Assembly (NCBI RefSeq): GCF_009914755.1
Contig: NC_060939.1
DNA length: 64,000 nucleotides
Source: the human T2T-CHM13v2.0 reference genome, Homo sapiens
Direction: 5' to 3' (one strand)
In this document: positions 1 to 13,964 of the stretch, piece after piece
Numbering within the stretch: the first letter of the stretch is position 1
Layout of the letters: each line of letters begins with the position of its first letter
Made by a program: the position numbers and the translations under genes
Notes under the pieces: generated by a model
The model's database searches: none
Seen by the model: only the letters and a program-made list of their open reading frames with translations
Told to the model about the DNA's origin: nothing

Positions 1-1230
1 TTGCAGGTACTATAAAAAGAGTGTTTCAAAGTTGCTCAATCAAAAGAAAGTTGAAACTCTGTGAGATGAATGCATATATCACATATAAGTTTCTCAGAAT
101 GCTTCTGTATAGTTTTGTGTGAAGATATTTCCCTTTCCACCACAGGCCTCAAAGCTCTCCAAATGTCCACTTGCAGATTCTACAAAAAGAGTGTTTCAAA
201 ACTGCTCAATCGAAAGTAAGGTTCAACTCTTTGAGATGAATACAGCCATCACAAATAAGCTTGTCAGAATGCTTTTGTCTAGTTTTTATGTGAAGATATT
301 TCCTTTTCCACCATCGGCTGCAAAGCGCTCCAAATGTCCACTTGCAGATTCTACAAAAAGAGAGTTTCTAAACTACTCAATCAAAAGAAAGGTTCAACTC
401 TGTGAGATGAATGCACACATCACAAAGAAGTTACTCAGCATACTTCTGTCTACTTCTTACGTGAAGATATTACCTTTTCCACCTTAGGCCCCAAAGCACT
501 CCTAATGTGCTCTTACAGATTCTACAAAAAGAGAATTTCCAAACTACTCAATCAAAAGAAAGGTTCAACTGTGTTAGATGAATGCACACATCACAAAGTA
601 ATTGGTCAGAACGCTTCTGTCTAGTTTTTATGTGAACATATTTCCATATTTCCTTTTCAACCATAGGCCTCAAATCGCTTCAAATGTACAATTGCACATT
701 CCACAAAAAGAGTTTTTCAAAACTGCTCAATGAAAAGAAAGGTTCAACTCTATGAGATGAATGCACACATCACTAAGAAGTTTGTCAGAATGTTTCTGTA
801 TAGTTTTTATACGAAGATATTTCCTTTTCCACTATAGGCCTCAAAGCGCTCCAAATGTCCACATGCAGATTCTACAAAAAGAGTTTTTCAAAGCTGCTCA
901 ATCAGAAGAAATGCTCAACGCTATGACATGAATGCACACATCACAAAGAAGTTTCTCAGAATTCTTCTGTCTAGTTTTTATGTGAAGATATTTCCTTTTC
1001 CACTATAGGCCGCAAAGTTCTCCAAATGTCCACTTGCAGATTCTACAAAAAGAGTGTTTCCAAACTGCTCAATCAAAAGATAGGTTCTACTCTGTGAGAT
1101 GAACTCACACATCACAAAGAAATTTCTCAGAATTCTTCCGTCTAGTTTTTATGTAAATATATTTCCTTTTCCACAATAATTCTCAAAGCCCTCCAAATGT
1201 CCACTTGCAGATTCTACAACAAGAATGTTT

Positions 1231-1233
<3 letters not shown>
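1..1233. repeat. Alpha satellite, monomeric (about 7 x 171-bp monomers)
   Basis: 171-bp periodic motif ...CTTGCAGATTCTACAAAAAGAGTGTTTCAAAACTGCTCAATCAAAAGAAAGGTTCAACTCTGTGAGATGAATGCACACATCACAAAGAAGTTTCTCAGAATG...; box region reads TTCCTTTTCCACCATAG (pJalpha/A type). Confidence 0.98.
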
Positions 1234-2445
<1,212 letters not shown>

Positions 2446-5400
2446 CGGTGTTTCAAAACTGGTCAATCGAAAGTAAGGTTCAACTCTCTGAGAAGAATGC
2501 ACACATCACAAAGAAGTTTGTCAGAATGCTTCTGTCTAGTTTTTATGTGAAGATAGTTCCTTTTCCACCAGAGGCCTCAAAGTGCTCCAAATGTACACTT
2601 GCAGACAGTACAAAAAGGGTGTTTCAAAACAGCTCAATCAAAAGTAAAGTTAAACTCTGTGAGATGAATGCACATATCACAAAGAAGTTTGTTAGAATGC
2701 TTCTGTCTAGTTTTTATGTGAAGGTATTTCCTTTTTTACCATAGGCCACAAAGCGCTCCAAATGTCCACTTGGAGATTCTACAAAAGGAGTGTTTCCAAA
2801 CTAGAAAATCAAAAGAAAGTTTCAACTCTGTGAGATGAATGCACTCGTCACAAAGAAGTTTCTCAGAATACTTCTGCGTAGTTAATACATGAAGATATTT
2901 CATTTTCCATTACACTCCTCAAAGCGCTCCAAATGTCCACTTGCAGATTCTACAAAAAAAGTGTTTCAAAGCTGCTCAATCAAAAGAAAGGTTCATCTCT
3001 GCGAGACAAATGCACACATCACAAAGAAGTTTGTCAGAATTCTTCAGCCTAGTTTTTATGTGAAGATATTTCTTTTCCACCATACGCCACAAGGCTCTCC
3101 AAATGTCCACTTGCATATTCTACAAAAAGATTGTTTCAAAACTGCCCAATCAAAAGAAAGGTTCAACTCTGTGAGAAGAATGCACACATCACAAAGAAGT
3201 TTCTCAGAATGTTTCTGTCTACTTCTTATATGAAGATATTTCCTTTTCCACCATAGGCCTCAAAGTGATCCAAATGTCCACTTGCAGATCCTTCAAAAAG
3301 ATTTTCCAAACTAGTCAATCAAAAGAAAGTTTCAACTCTGTGAGATGAATGCACACATAAAAAAGACATTTCCGAGAATCCTTCTGTCTAGTTTTTATGT
3401 AAAGATATATACTTTTACACCATAGGCATCAACGCACTCCAAATGTCCACTTGTAGATAGTTCAAAAAGGATGTTTCAAATCTGCTCAATCAACAGTAAG
3501 GTTCAACTCTGTCAGATGAATGCACACATCACAAAGTATTTTCTCAGAATGATTCTTTGCAGTTCTTAAGTGAAGATATTTCCTTTTCCACCAGGGGCCT
3601 CAGAGCCCTCCAAATGTCCACTTGCAGATAGTACAAAAAGAGTGTTTCCAAACTGTTCAATCAAAAGAAAGGTTCAAACCTTTGAGATGAATATACACAT
3701 CATGAAGAAGTTTCTCAGAATGTTTCTGTCCATGTTTTATGAGAAGATATTTCCTTTTCCACCATAGGCCTCAAAGGGCACCAAGTGTCCACTTGTAGAT
3801 TCTACAAAAAGAGTGTTTCAAAACTGCTCATTGAAAAGAAATATTCAACTCTGTGAGATGAATGCACACATCACAAAGAAGTTTCTCAGGATATTCTGTC
3901 TAGTTCTTAAGTGAAGATATTTCCTTTTCCACCATAGGCCTCAAAGTGCTCCAAATGTCCACTTGCAGATTGTACAAAAACAGTGTTTCAAAACTGCTCA
4001 ATGGAAAGAAAGGTTCAATTCTGTGAGATGAATGCAAACAACACAAAGAAGTTTGTCAGCATGCTTCTGTCTAGTTTTTATGTGAAGACATTTCCTTTAC
4101 CACCATATGCCGCAAAGTACTCCAAATGTCCCTTTGCAGATTCTACAAAAGGAGTGTTTCAAACTGCTCAATCAAAAGAAAGTTCAACTCTGTGAGATGC
4201 ATGCACACATCCCAAAGAAATTTCCCAGAATACTTCTGTGTAGTTTTTCTGTGAAGATATTTCCTTTTCCACCGTAGGCCTCAAAGAATTCCAAATGTCC
4301 ACTTGCAGATTCTACCAAAAGAGTATTTCAAAATAGATTAATGAAAAGAAATTTTCAACTCTGTGACATGAAAGCACGGATCCCAAAGAAGTTTGTGACA
4401 ATGCTTCTGTATAGTTTTTATGTGAAGATATTTCCTTTTCCGCCATAGGCCTCAAAGCGCTCCTGATGTCCACTTGCAGATTCTACAAAAAGAGTGTTTC
4501 AAAGCTGCTCTATCAAAAGAAAGTTTCAACTCTGTGAGATGAATGCACACATCACAAAGAAGTTGCTCAGAAAGCTTCTGTCTAGTTTTTATGTGAAGAT
4601 ATTTCCTTTTCACCACAGGCCTCAAAGCACTCCAAATGTCCACTTGCAGATCAACAAAAAGAGAGTTTCCAAATTATTCAATCAAAAGAAAGGTTCAGCT
4701 CCGTGAGATGAATGCACACATCACAAAGAAGTTTGTCAGAATGCTTCTGTCTAGTTTTAACTTGAAGATATTTCCTTTTCCACCATAGGCCTGAAAGCAT
4801 TCCAAATGTCCACTTGCTGATACTACAAAAAGGGTGTTTTAAAATTGCTCAATCAAAAGTAAGGTTCAACTCCGTGGGATGAATGCACATATCACAAAGT
4901 AGTTTGACAGAATGCTTCTGTCTAGTTTTTATGTGAAGATATTTCCTTTTCCAAAATAGACCTCAAAGCGCTCCAAATATCCACTTGCAGATTCTTCAAA
5001 AAGAGTGTTTCAATACTGCTCAATCAAAAGAAAGGTTCAACTCTGTAAGATGAATGCACACATCACAAAGAAGTTTCTCAGAATGCTTCTGTCTAGTTAT
5101 TATATGAAGATATTTCTTTTTCCAATATAGGCCTCCAAGCACTCCAAATATCCACTTACAGATTCAGCAAAAAGAGAGTTTCCAAACTACTCAATCAAAA
5201 GAAAGGTTCAGCTCTGTGAGATGAATGCACACATCACAAAGAAAGTTGTCAGAATGCTTCTGTCTAGTTTTTATATGAAGATATTCCTTTTCCACCATAG
5301 GCCTCAAAGCACTCCAAATGTCCACTTGCAGATAGTACAAAAAGGGTGTTTCAAAAATGCTCAATCAAAAGTAAGGTTCAACTCCGTGATATGAATGCAC

Positions 5401-8400
5401 ATATCACAAAGTATTTTGACAGAATGCTTCTGTCTAGTTTTTGTGTGAAGATATTTCCTTTTCGACAATAGACCTCAAAGAGCACCAAATGTTCACTTGC
5501 AGAATCTACAAAAAGAGTGTTTCCAAACTTCTGAATCAAAAGAAAGGTTCAACTCTGTGAGATGAATGCACAGATCACAAACAAGTTTCTCAGAATGCTT
5601 CTGTCTAGTTTTTATGTTAAGATATTTCCTTTTCCATCATAGGCCTCAAAGCTCTCCAAATATCCACTTGCCGATTCTACAAAAAGAGTGTTTCAAAACT
5701 GCTCAATTAAAAGGAAGGTTCAATTCTGTGACTTGAATACACCCATCACAAAGAAACTTGTCAGAATGTTTCTGTATAGTTTTTATGTGAAGATATTTCC
5801 TTTTCCACCATAGGTCTCAAAGCACTCCAAATATCCACTTGCACGTTCTACAAAAAGAGTGTCTCAAAGCTGCTCAATCAAAAGAAATGTTCAACTCTCT
5901 GAGATGAATGCACTCATCACAAAGTAGTTTCACAGAATGCTTCTGTCTAGTTATTAAGTGAAGATATTGCGTTATTGACCATCACCCTCAAAGTACTCCA
6001 AATGTCCACTTACAGATTCTACAAAAAGAGTGTTTCAAAGCTGCTTAATCAAAAGAAATGTTCAACTATGTGAGATGAATGCACACATCAGAAAGAATTT
6101 TCTAAGAAGGATTCTGTCTAGTTTTTATGGGAAGTTACTTCCTTTTCCACCATAGGCTTCAAAGCCCTCCAAATGTCCATTGCAGATTCTACAAAAAGAG
6201 TGTTTCAAAACTGCTCAATGAAAAGAAATGTTCAACTCTGTGAGATGAATGCACACATCACAAAGAAGTTTCACAGAATGCTTCTGTATAGTTTTTATGT
6301 GAAGATATTTCCTTTTCCACCATAGGACACAAAGAGCTCAAAATGTTCACTTGCAGAGTCTAAAAAAGAGTTTTTCAAAGCTGCTCAATCAAAAGTATGG
6401 TTCAACTCTGTAAGATAAATGCACACAACCCAAAGAAGTTTCTCAGAATGCTTCCGCCTAGTTGTTAAGTGAAGATATTTCCTTCTCCACCATATGCCTC
6501 AAAGCGCACCAAATGTCCACTTGTGGATTCTACAAAAAGAGTGTGTCAAAACTGCTCAATCAAAAGAAAGTTTCAACTCTGTGAGATGAATACACATATC
6601 ACAAAAATCTTTCTCAGAATGCTTCTGTTTAATTATAATATGAAAATATTTCCTTTTCCACCTTAGGCCTCAAAGCTCTCCAAATGTCCACTTGCAGAAC
6701 CTTTTCCACCATAGGCCTCAAAGCTCTTCAAATATCCACTTGCAGATTCTGCAAAAAGAATATTTGAAAGCAGCTAAATCAAAAGAAATGTTCAACACTG
6801 TGAGATGAATGCACACATCACAAAGGAGCTTCTCAAAATACCTCTGTCTAGTTTTTATGTGAAGATATTTCCTTTTCCACCATAGGCTGCCAAGCGTTAA
6901 AAATATCCACTTGCAGATTCTACAAAAAGAGTGTTTCAAAACTGCTCAATTGAAAGTAGGTTTGAACTCTGTGAGATGAATGCACACATCACAAAGAAGT
7001 TTGTCGGAATGATTCCGTCTAGTTTTTATGTGAAGATATTTCCTTTTCAACCTTAGGCCACAAAGCGCACTAAATGTCCACTTGCAGATTCTGCAAAAAG
7101 AGTGTTTCAAAACTGCTCAATGAAAAGAAAGGTTCAACTCTGTGAGATGAATGCACACATCACAAAGAAGTTTCAGAGAATGCTTCTGTGTAGTTTTTAT
7201 GTGAAGATATTTCCTTTTCCACCATAGGCTGCAAAGAGCTCAAAATGTCCACCTGCAGATTCTACAAAAAGAGGGTTTCAAAACTGCTCAATCAAAAGTA
7301 AAGTGCAACTCTGTGAGATTAATGCACACATCAAAAAGAAGTTTCTCACAGTGCTTCTGTCTAGTTGTTATGTGAAGATATTTCTTTTTCCACTACTGGC
7401 CTCAGAGCACTCCAAATATCCTTTTGCAGATTCTACAAAAAGAGTTTTTAAAAACTGCTCAATCAAAGGGAAGGTTCAACTCTGTGAGATGAATGCACAT
7501 ATCACACAGAAGTTTCCCAGAGTGCTTCTGTCTAGTTTTTATGTGAAAATATTTCCTTTTCCACCAGAAGACTCAAAGCACTCAAAATAACCACTGGCAG
7601 ATTATACATAAAGAGAGTTTCAAAACTGCTCAATCTAAAGAAAGGTTCAACTCTGTGAGATGAATGCACACACCCCAAAGAAGTTTCTCAGAATGCTTCC
7701 GTCTAGTTTTTATGTGAAGGTATTTCCTTTTCCACCATAGGCCTCAAAGCCCTTCAAATATCCACTTGCAGATTCTGCAAAAAGAATATTTGAAAGCAGC
7801 TAAATCAAAAGAAATGTCCAACACTGTGAGATGAATGCACACATCACAAAGGAGCTTCTCAAAATACCTCTGTCTAGTTTTTATGTGAAGATATTTCCTT
7901 TTCCACCATAGGCTGCCAAGCGTTAAAAATATCCACTTGCAGATTCTACAAAAAGAGTGCTTCAAAACTGCTCAATTGAAAGTAGTTTGGAACTCTGTGA
8001 GATGAATGCACACATCACAAAGAAGTTTGTCGCAATGATTCCGTCTAGTTTTTATGTGAAGATATTTCCTTTTCAACCTTAGGCCACAAAGCGAACTAAA
8101 TGTCCACTTGCAGATTCTACAAAAAGAGTGTTTCAAAACTGCTCAATGAAAAGAAAGGTTCAACTCTGTGAGATGAATGCACACATCACAAAGAAGTTTC
8201 AGAGAATGCTTCTGTGTAGTTTTTATGTGAAGATATTTCCTTTTCCACCATAGGCCGCAAAGAGCTCCAAATGTCCACTTGCAGATTCTACAAAAAGAGG
8301 GTTTCAAAACTGCTCAATCAAAAGTAAAGTTCAACTCTGTGAGATTAATGCACACATCAAAAAGAAGTTTCTCACAATGCTTCCGTCTAGTTGTTATGTG

Positions 8401-10462
8401 AAGATATTTCTTTTTCCCTACTGGCCTCAGAGCACTCCAAGTATCCTTTTGCAGATTCTACAAAAAGAGTTTTTAAAAACTGCTCAATCAAAGGAGAGGT
8501 TCAACTCTGTGAGATGAATACACATATCACACAGAAGTTTCTCAGAATGCTTCTGTCTAGTTTTTATGTAAAAATATTTCCTTTTCCACCAGAAGACTCA
8601 AAGCACTCAAAATAACCACTGGCAGATTATACATAAAGAGTGTTTCAAAACTGCTCAATCTAAAGAAAAGTTCAACTCTGTGAGATGAATGCACACATCA
8701 CAAAGAAGTTTCTCAGAATGCTTCTGTCTAGTTTTTATGTGAAGGTATTTCCTTTTCCACCATAGGCCTCAAAGCCCTTCAAATATCCACTTGCAGATTC
8801 TGCAAAAAGAATATTTGAAAGCAGCTAAATCAAAAGAAATGTCCAACACTGTGAGATGAATGCACACATCACAAAGGAGCTTTTCAAAATGCCTCTGTCT
8901 AGTTTTTATGTGAAGATATTTCCTTTTCCACCATAGGCTGACACACGTTAAAAATATCCACTTGCAGATTCTACAAAAAGAGTGTTTCAAAACTGCTCAA
9001 TCAAAAGAAAGGTTCATCTCTGAGACATGAATGCACACATCACAAAGGAGTTTCTCAGAAGGCTTCTGTCTAGTTTTTATGTGAAGATATTTCCTTTTCC
9101 ACTATAGGCCACAAAGCGCTACAAATATCCACTTGCAGATTCTACAAAAAGAAATTTTCCAAACTCCTCAATCAAAAGAAAGTTTAAACCCTGTGAGTTG
9201 AATGCACACATCACAAAGAAGTTTCTCAGAATGCTTCTGTCTAGTTTTTAATTGAAGATACTTCCTTTTCCACCACTGGGCTCAAAGCACTCCAAGTATC
9301 CACTTGCAGATTCTACAAAAAGAGTGTTTCCAAACTGCTCAATCAAAACAAAGTTTCAACTCTGTGAGATGAATGCACACACCCCAAAGAAGTTTCTCAG
9401 AATGCTTCTGTCTAGTATTTATTTGAAGATATTTCCTTTTCCACAATAGGCCTCAAACCGTTCCAAATATCCACTTGCAAATACTAGAAAAAGATTGTTT
9501 CAAAACTGCTCAATCAAAAGAAATCTTCAACTATGTGAGTTGAATGCACACATCACAAAGAACTTTCTCAGAACTCTTCTGTGTAGTCTTTATTTGAAAA
9601 TATTTCCTTTTCCACCACAGGCCCCAAACTGATCTAAATATCCACATGCAGATTCTTCAAAAGAAGTGTTTCAAAACTGTTCAATCAAAAGAAAGGTTCA
9701 ATTCTGTGAGATGAATGCACACATCAGAAAGAAGTTTCTCAGAAGGCTTTTGTGTAGTTTTTATGTGAAGATGTTTCCTTTTCCACCATAGGCCTCAAAT
9801 CGCTCCCAATGTCCACTTGCAGATTCTACAGAAAGAGTGTTTCAAAGCTGCTCAATCAAAAGAAATGTTCAGCTCTGTGAGATGAATGCACGCATCACAA
9901 AGAAGTTTCTCAGAATGCTTCTGTCTAGTTTTTAAGTGAAGATATTTCCCTTTCCTCTAGAGGTCCCAAAGCCCTCCAACTTTGCAGATACTACAAAAGG
10001 AGTGTTTCAAAACTGCTCAATCAAAAGAATATTTCAACTCTGTGTGTTGAATGCACATATCACAAAGAAGTTTCTCAGAATGCTTCTGTCTAGTTTTTAT
10101 GTGAAGATATTTCCTTTTCCACCATAGGCCCCAAAGCGCTCAAAATATCCACTTGCAGATTCTACAAAAAGAGTGTTTCAAAACTGCTCAATCAAGAGAA
10201 ACGTTCAACTCTGTGAGATGAATGCACAGATCACAGAGGAGTTTCTCAGAATGCTTCTGTCTGGTTTTGATGTGAAGATATTTACTTTCCACCACAGGCT
10301 GTAAAGCGTTCCAAATATCCACTTGCAGACACTACAAAAAGAGTGTTTCAAAAGTGCTAAATCAAAAGAAAAGTTCAACTCTGTGAGGTGAATGCACACA
10401 TCACAAAGAAGTTACTCAGAATGCTTCTTTCTTGTCTTTATGTGAAGATATTTCCTTTTCCA
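2446..10462. repeat. Alpha satellite, monomeric/divergent layer (about 47 monomers), same orientation throughout
   Basis: Continuous 171-bp periodicity; A-type boxes; no TCCCGTTTCCAACGAAG CENP-B box seen. Confidence 0.98.
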
Positions 10463-10568
10463 TTCAGAACCTCATAGCAGTGTTCTGTAATCCTGTGTGA
10501 GGGACAAACACTCAGAATCCAGCCACTGTGTACTGGAATCCTATCTGAGGGCACACATTTAAAATCCA
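10463..10568. repeat. CER (48-bp, D22Z3-type) satellite, about 2.2 units
   Basis: Two consecutive 48-mers TCAGAACCTCATAGCAGTGTTCTGTAATCCTGTGTGAGGGACAAACAC and TCAGAATCCAGCCACTGTGTACTGGAATCCTATCTGAGGGCACACATT, matching the recalled CER motif GGAATCCTATGTGAGGGACAAACA. Confidence 0.85.
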
Positions 10569-11625
10569 GATATAGTCTCCTTGCTTTAGTGAATACACTT
10601 ATCTCCTTTTCCTGCTATACATTGAGGCAAATTATTTTTCTGTATCTTAAATAAATGGTAAATACCTGAAATTTCTTACTTTTTCCAGGCAGAGTGTCTT
10701 CACTATTTAGCTGTAGAAGTATAGCTATTTTTGTCTGTGTCATAATTTTGTACTCAGGAACCCTGGCCATGTCACTAGCCAAACGGACATAACTTATGGA
10801 TTACATGGACAGCAACCGGTTGATACGCTCTAGAGAAAAATAGCAGCTACCATAGACTTCAGGAAAGACATATCGAGCAAATGACAAAAATGTGGGTTTC
10901 CTACCTTCAGGGAGTCTAAGAATGCAGTAGAAAGTGATGTGGAGCAAACATCTTTCAAATGGAAGGAAGGGATAGGGAAAGGAAGACTGTTAGAGGCTCT
11001 TCTGAATGTTAGAGGCAACATAAAACATATTTGGGTGTGTATTCCAAATAAAATGCAAATGTCAAGAATGATGTCAGCTGTGAGTGGGACTCAGAGAAAG
11101 AGAAATGCTTTGGACTACAGAGGCCTGCAGTACAAGTGGATCTACAATTTTGTTTAGGGAATCCAATGCCTCAGGTATCTATGAGAGGCAGAATTTTCCT
11201 ACGGAGCCAGCGGCAAGGCTCCAGAGGAGAAATACAGTAGAAGCCACTTTATTTTGGAGTAAAAGCCTTTTGTACAAAAATTACCCACCCCCCTCCTTTT
11301 TTGAGAAACAATTTCACATTGGGATACTAATAAGAAGGAAGGCTCAATCATGAATAAGGGTGACCCCATTGTGATCTGAGCATTATAGGATCATACTAAC
11401 TACAACCAGTCTTCCATCATTCCATGGATATTGCATGTATGCCACGTTGCCTTCTCAGTTTCCAAGGGATCAATTAATGAACAGGCTACTCACATTTTCA
11501 GCATCCTACTCCTGACACACTCCCACCCTTCTTTCTGTTTATCTGTGATTCATAGAGATTTGCCTATGACTGGATTCCTGAGGAGAAAAAAGTCTGGATT
11601 ACAGATGGCATTCCTTGTTATGGAA
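10565..11625 (+). mobile_element. Ancient ERVL-class pol remnant (RT, connection and RNase H start), heavily decayed
   Basis: Colinear degenerate peptides PDIVSLL, LCHNFVLRN, MDYMDS (YxDD position), FWSKSLLYKNY..FEKQF, QSSIIPW, AYDWIPEEKKVWITDG. These parallel HERVL pol PDVVSLL, LCHNLVRRD, HYIDD, FWSKALP..NYSPFERQL, QHSIIKW, PYDQLTEEEK.AWFTDG. Confidence 0.75.
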
Positions 11626-12107
11626 GGCCCTTCCTTCTGAAAGTCTATTTCTATCATGTTCTTTCCCTGTGCTGTCAAAGGGTCACCCCTTTGTACAGAG
11701 GAGAAGAGAAATCCATCAAGTAAATAAAATTTCATTTACCTTTGTAAAAATTATTTCTACCAATTCACCTGGAGGACCTTATGGTTTGGTCCAATAATCA
11801 GAGATTTGAAAGAACCTGATATTGTTGGCCAGCAGATTAGAAAAGAGTTATTAGAGAGAGATGGCTCAAGTGATAATAATTGTATGCCTTGTGAATGCTC
11901 ACCTAAACCAAAGATCACTGAAGATAATGTATTTTACCATAATGTTTTAATCTCAGGTAAATGCCAATCAAGAGACAAACACTTGTTTATCTCCTGATTG
12001 ATATTGATCTGAATTAAGCTGTCTGCCATTTGGAGAAATTTAAATGCTATTTTAAACACACAGTCTTGTTACTTGAGTTATTTATGATCTTAAGGGGCTC
12101 CCCTCCT

Positions 12108-12578
12108 TTTGTGGGTTAGATTGTGTCTTCAAAAAGAAAATATATATATTAGAGTTCTAGCCCCTGATGTCTGTGAGTATGACTTAATTTGAAATCAAAT
12201 TATTTGCAGATGCTGTATAATTATGATATGCTAGATGAGCTCATAATGCATTAGAGTGGGCCATAATTCAATATGGTTGATATCCTCATAAGAAGGGAAG
12301 AGGAAACAGAGACGCAGGGAGGAGATGGCCATGGGAGGATGGAGGTAGAGAATAAAGTGAGGTATCCTCCAGCCAAGCAATGACAATGAAGCTCAGTGAT
12401 CACCCGGTGCTAGAAGAAGCAAGAAAGGATTTTTTCCCAGGTCCTTCAGAGAAAAATGCAGCACTGCTAACTCCTTCATTTAAGATTTCTAGCTTCCTGA
12501 ACCGTAAAAGAACAACTTTATCTCATTTTAAGCGACCTAATGTGAACCACTTTGTCACAGCAGATGTAGGAAATTACA
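12108..12578 (+). mobile_element. MLT1 (MLT1C-like) MaLR solo LTR
   Basis: TGGGTTAGATTGTGTCTTCAAAAAG...TGACTTAATTTGAAAT...TTTGCAGATG start and TTTGTCACAGCAG..AGGAAATTACAC end. Confidence 0.75.
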
Positions 12579-12689
12579 CCTCCTTAAAGAATGCAGAATC
12601 CTGGCCCGTGCTTGCCTCATACTTATTGAATGAGAATCTAAGGGCTCTAGAATCTGCATTTGGAAACAAATACATAATACACAAAGAGA

Positions 12690-12890
12690 ACTCACTAAGT
12701 ACTCTACATGCACTTCATCCTCACAAGCCATGAAGTAGTTTACTATTATAATTCTCATTTTGCATATGGGAAACTGGAGCATTAAAAGATTAAGTAATTT
12801 GCCTACAGTCACTCACATAACCAGAAAGTGGAAGAGCTGGGATTCAATCCCAGTTCCAGACATCCTGATATCCTGGGTTCAGACACCACA
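12690..12890 (-). mobile_element. MIR SINE fragment
   Basis: CTCATTTTGCATATGGGAAACTGGAGC...AAGTAATTTGCCTACAGTCAC core. Confidence 0.7.
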
Positions 12891-13043
12891 CACTTAGCAA
12901 CTATTACACACTTAGCATTATTATTATTATTGTTATTATTATTATTATTTTAATCACCATCTCCACCTTCTTAAGCACTCAAAAGTTGAAATCCAGTGGT
13001 GTGTTGCTGTTTCCATCATAGCAAGTTATAGCCACAATCATAA

Positions 13044-13405
<362 letters not shown>

Positions 13406-13621
13406 TCTTTCACCCATTGAAATCTCATTCCAACAATTACCATCTTTTTTGAGTGGTATTTTTGAAGTTATAAATGAATTCCCTATAATACATAGTGAGA
13501 ATATTTATGGGAGCTTCCTAATTCACCTTTCTAAACATTCTGCATTGCTTCTCATTTCCTTCTTTAAATTTCCTTCTACCTTGGCTTCCTTAAGACCACT
13601 CAATGTTGGCCCCATGCTTTC

Positions 13622-13964
<343 letters not shown>

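Noticed and set aside
638-655. 8-bp duplication ATATTTCC in a monomer (and an 8-bp deletion near 9980)
   Set aside because: Ordinary slippage in a decaying satellite
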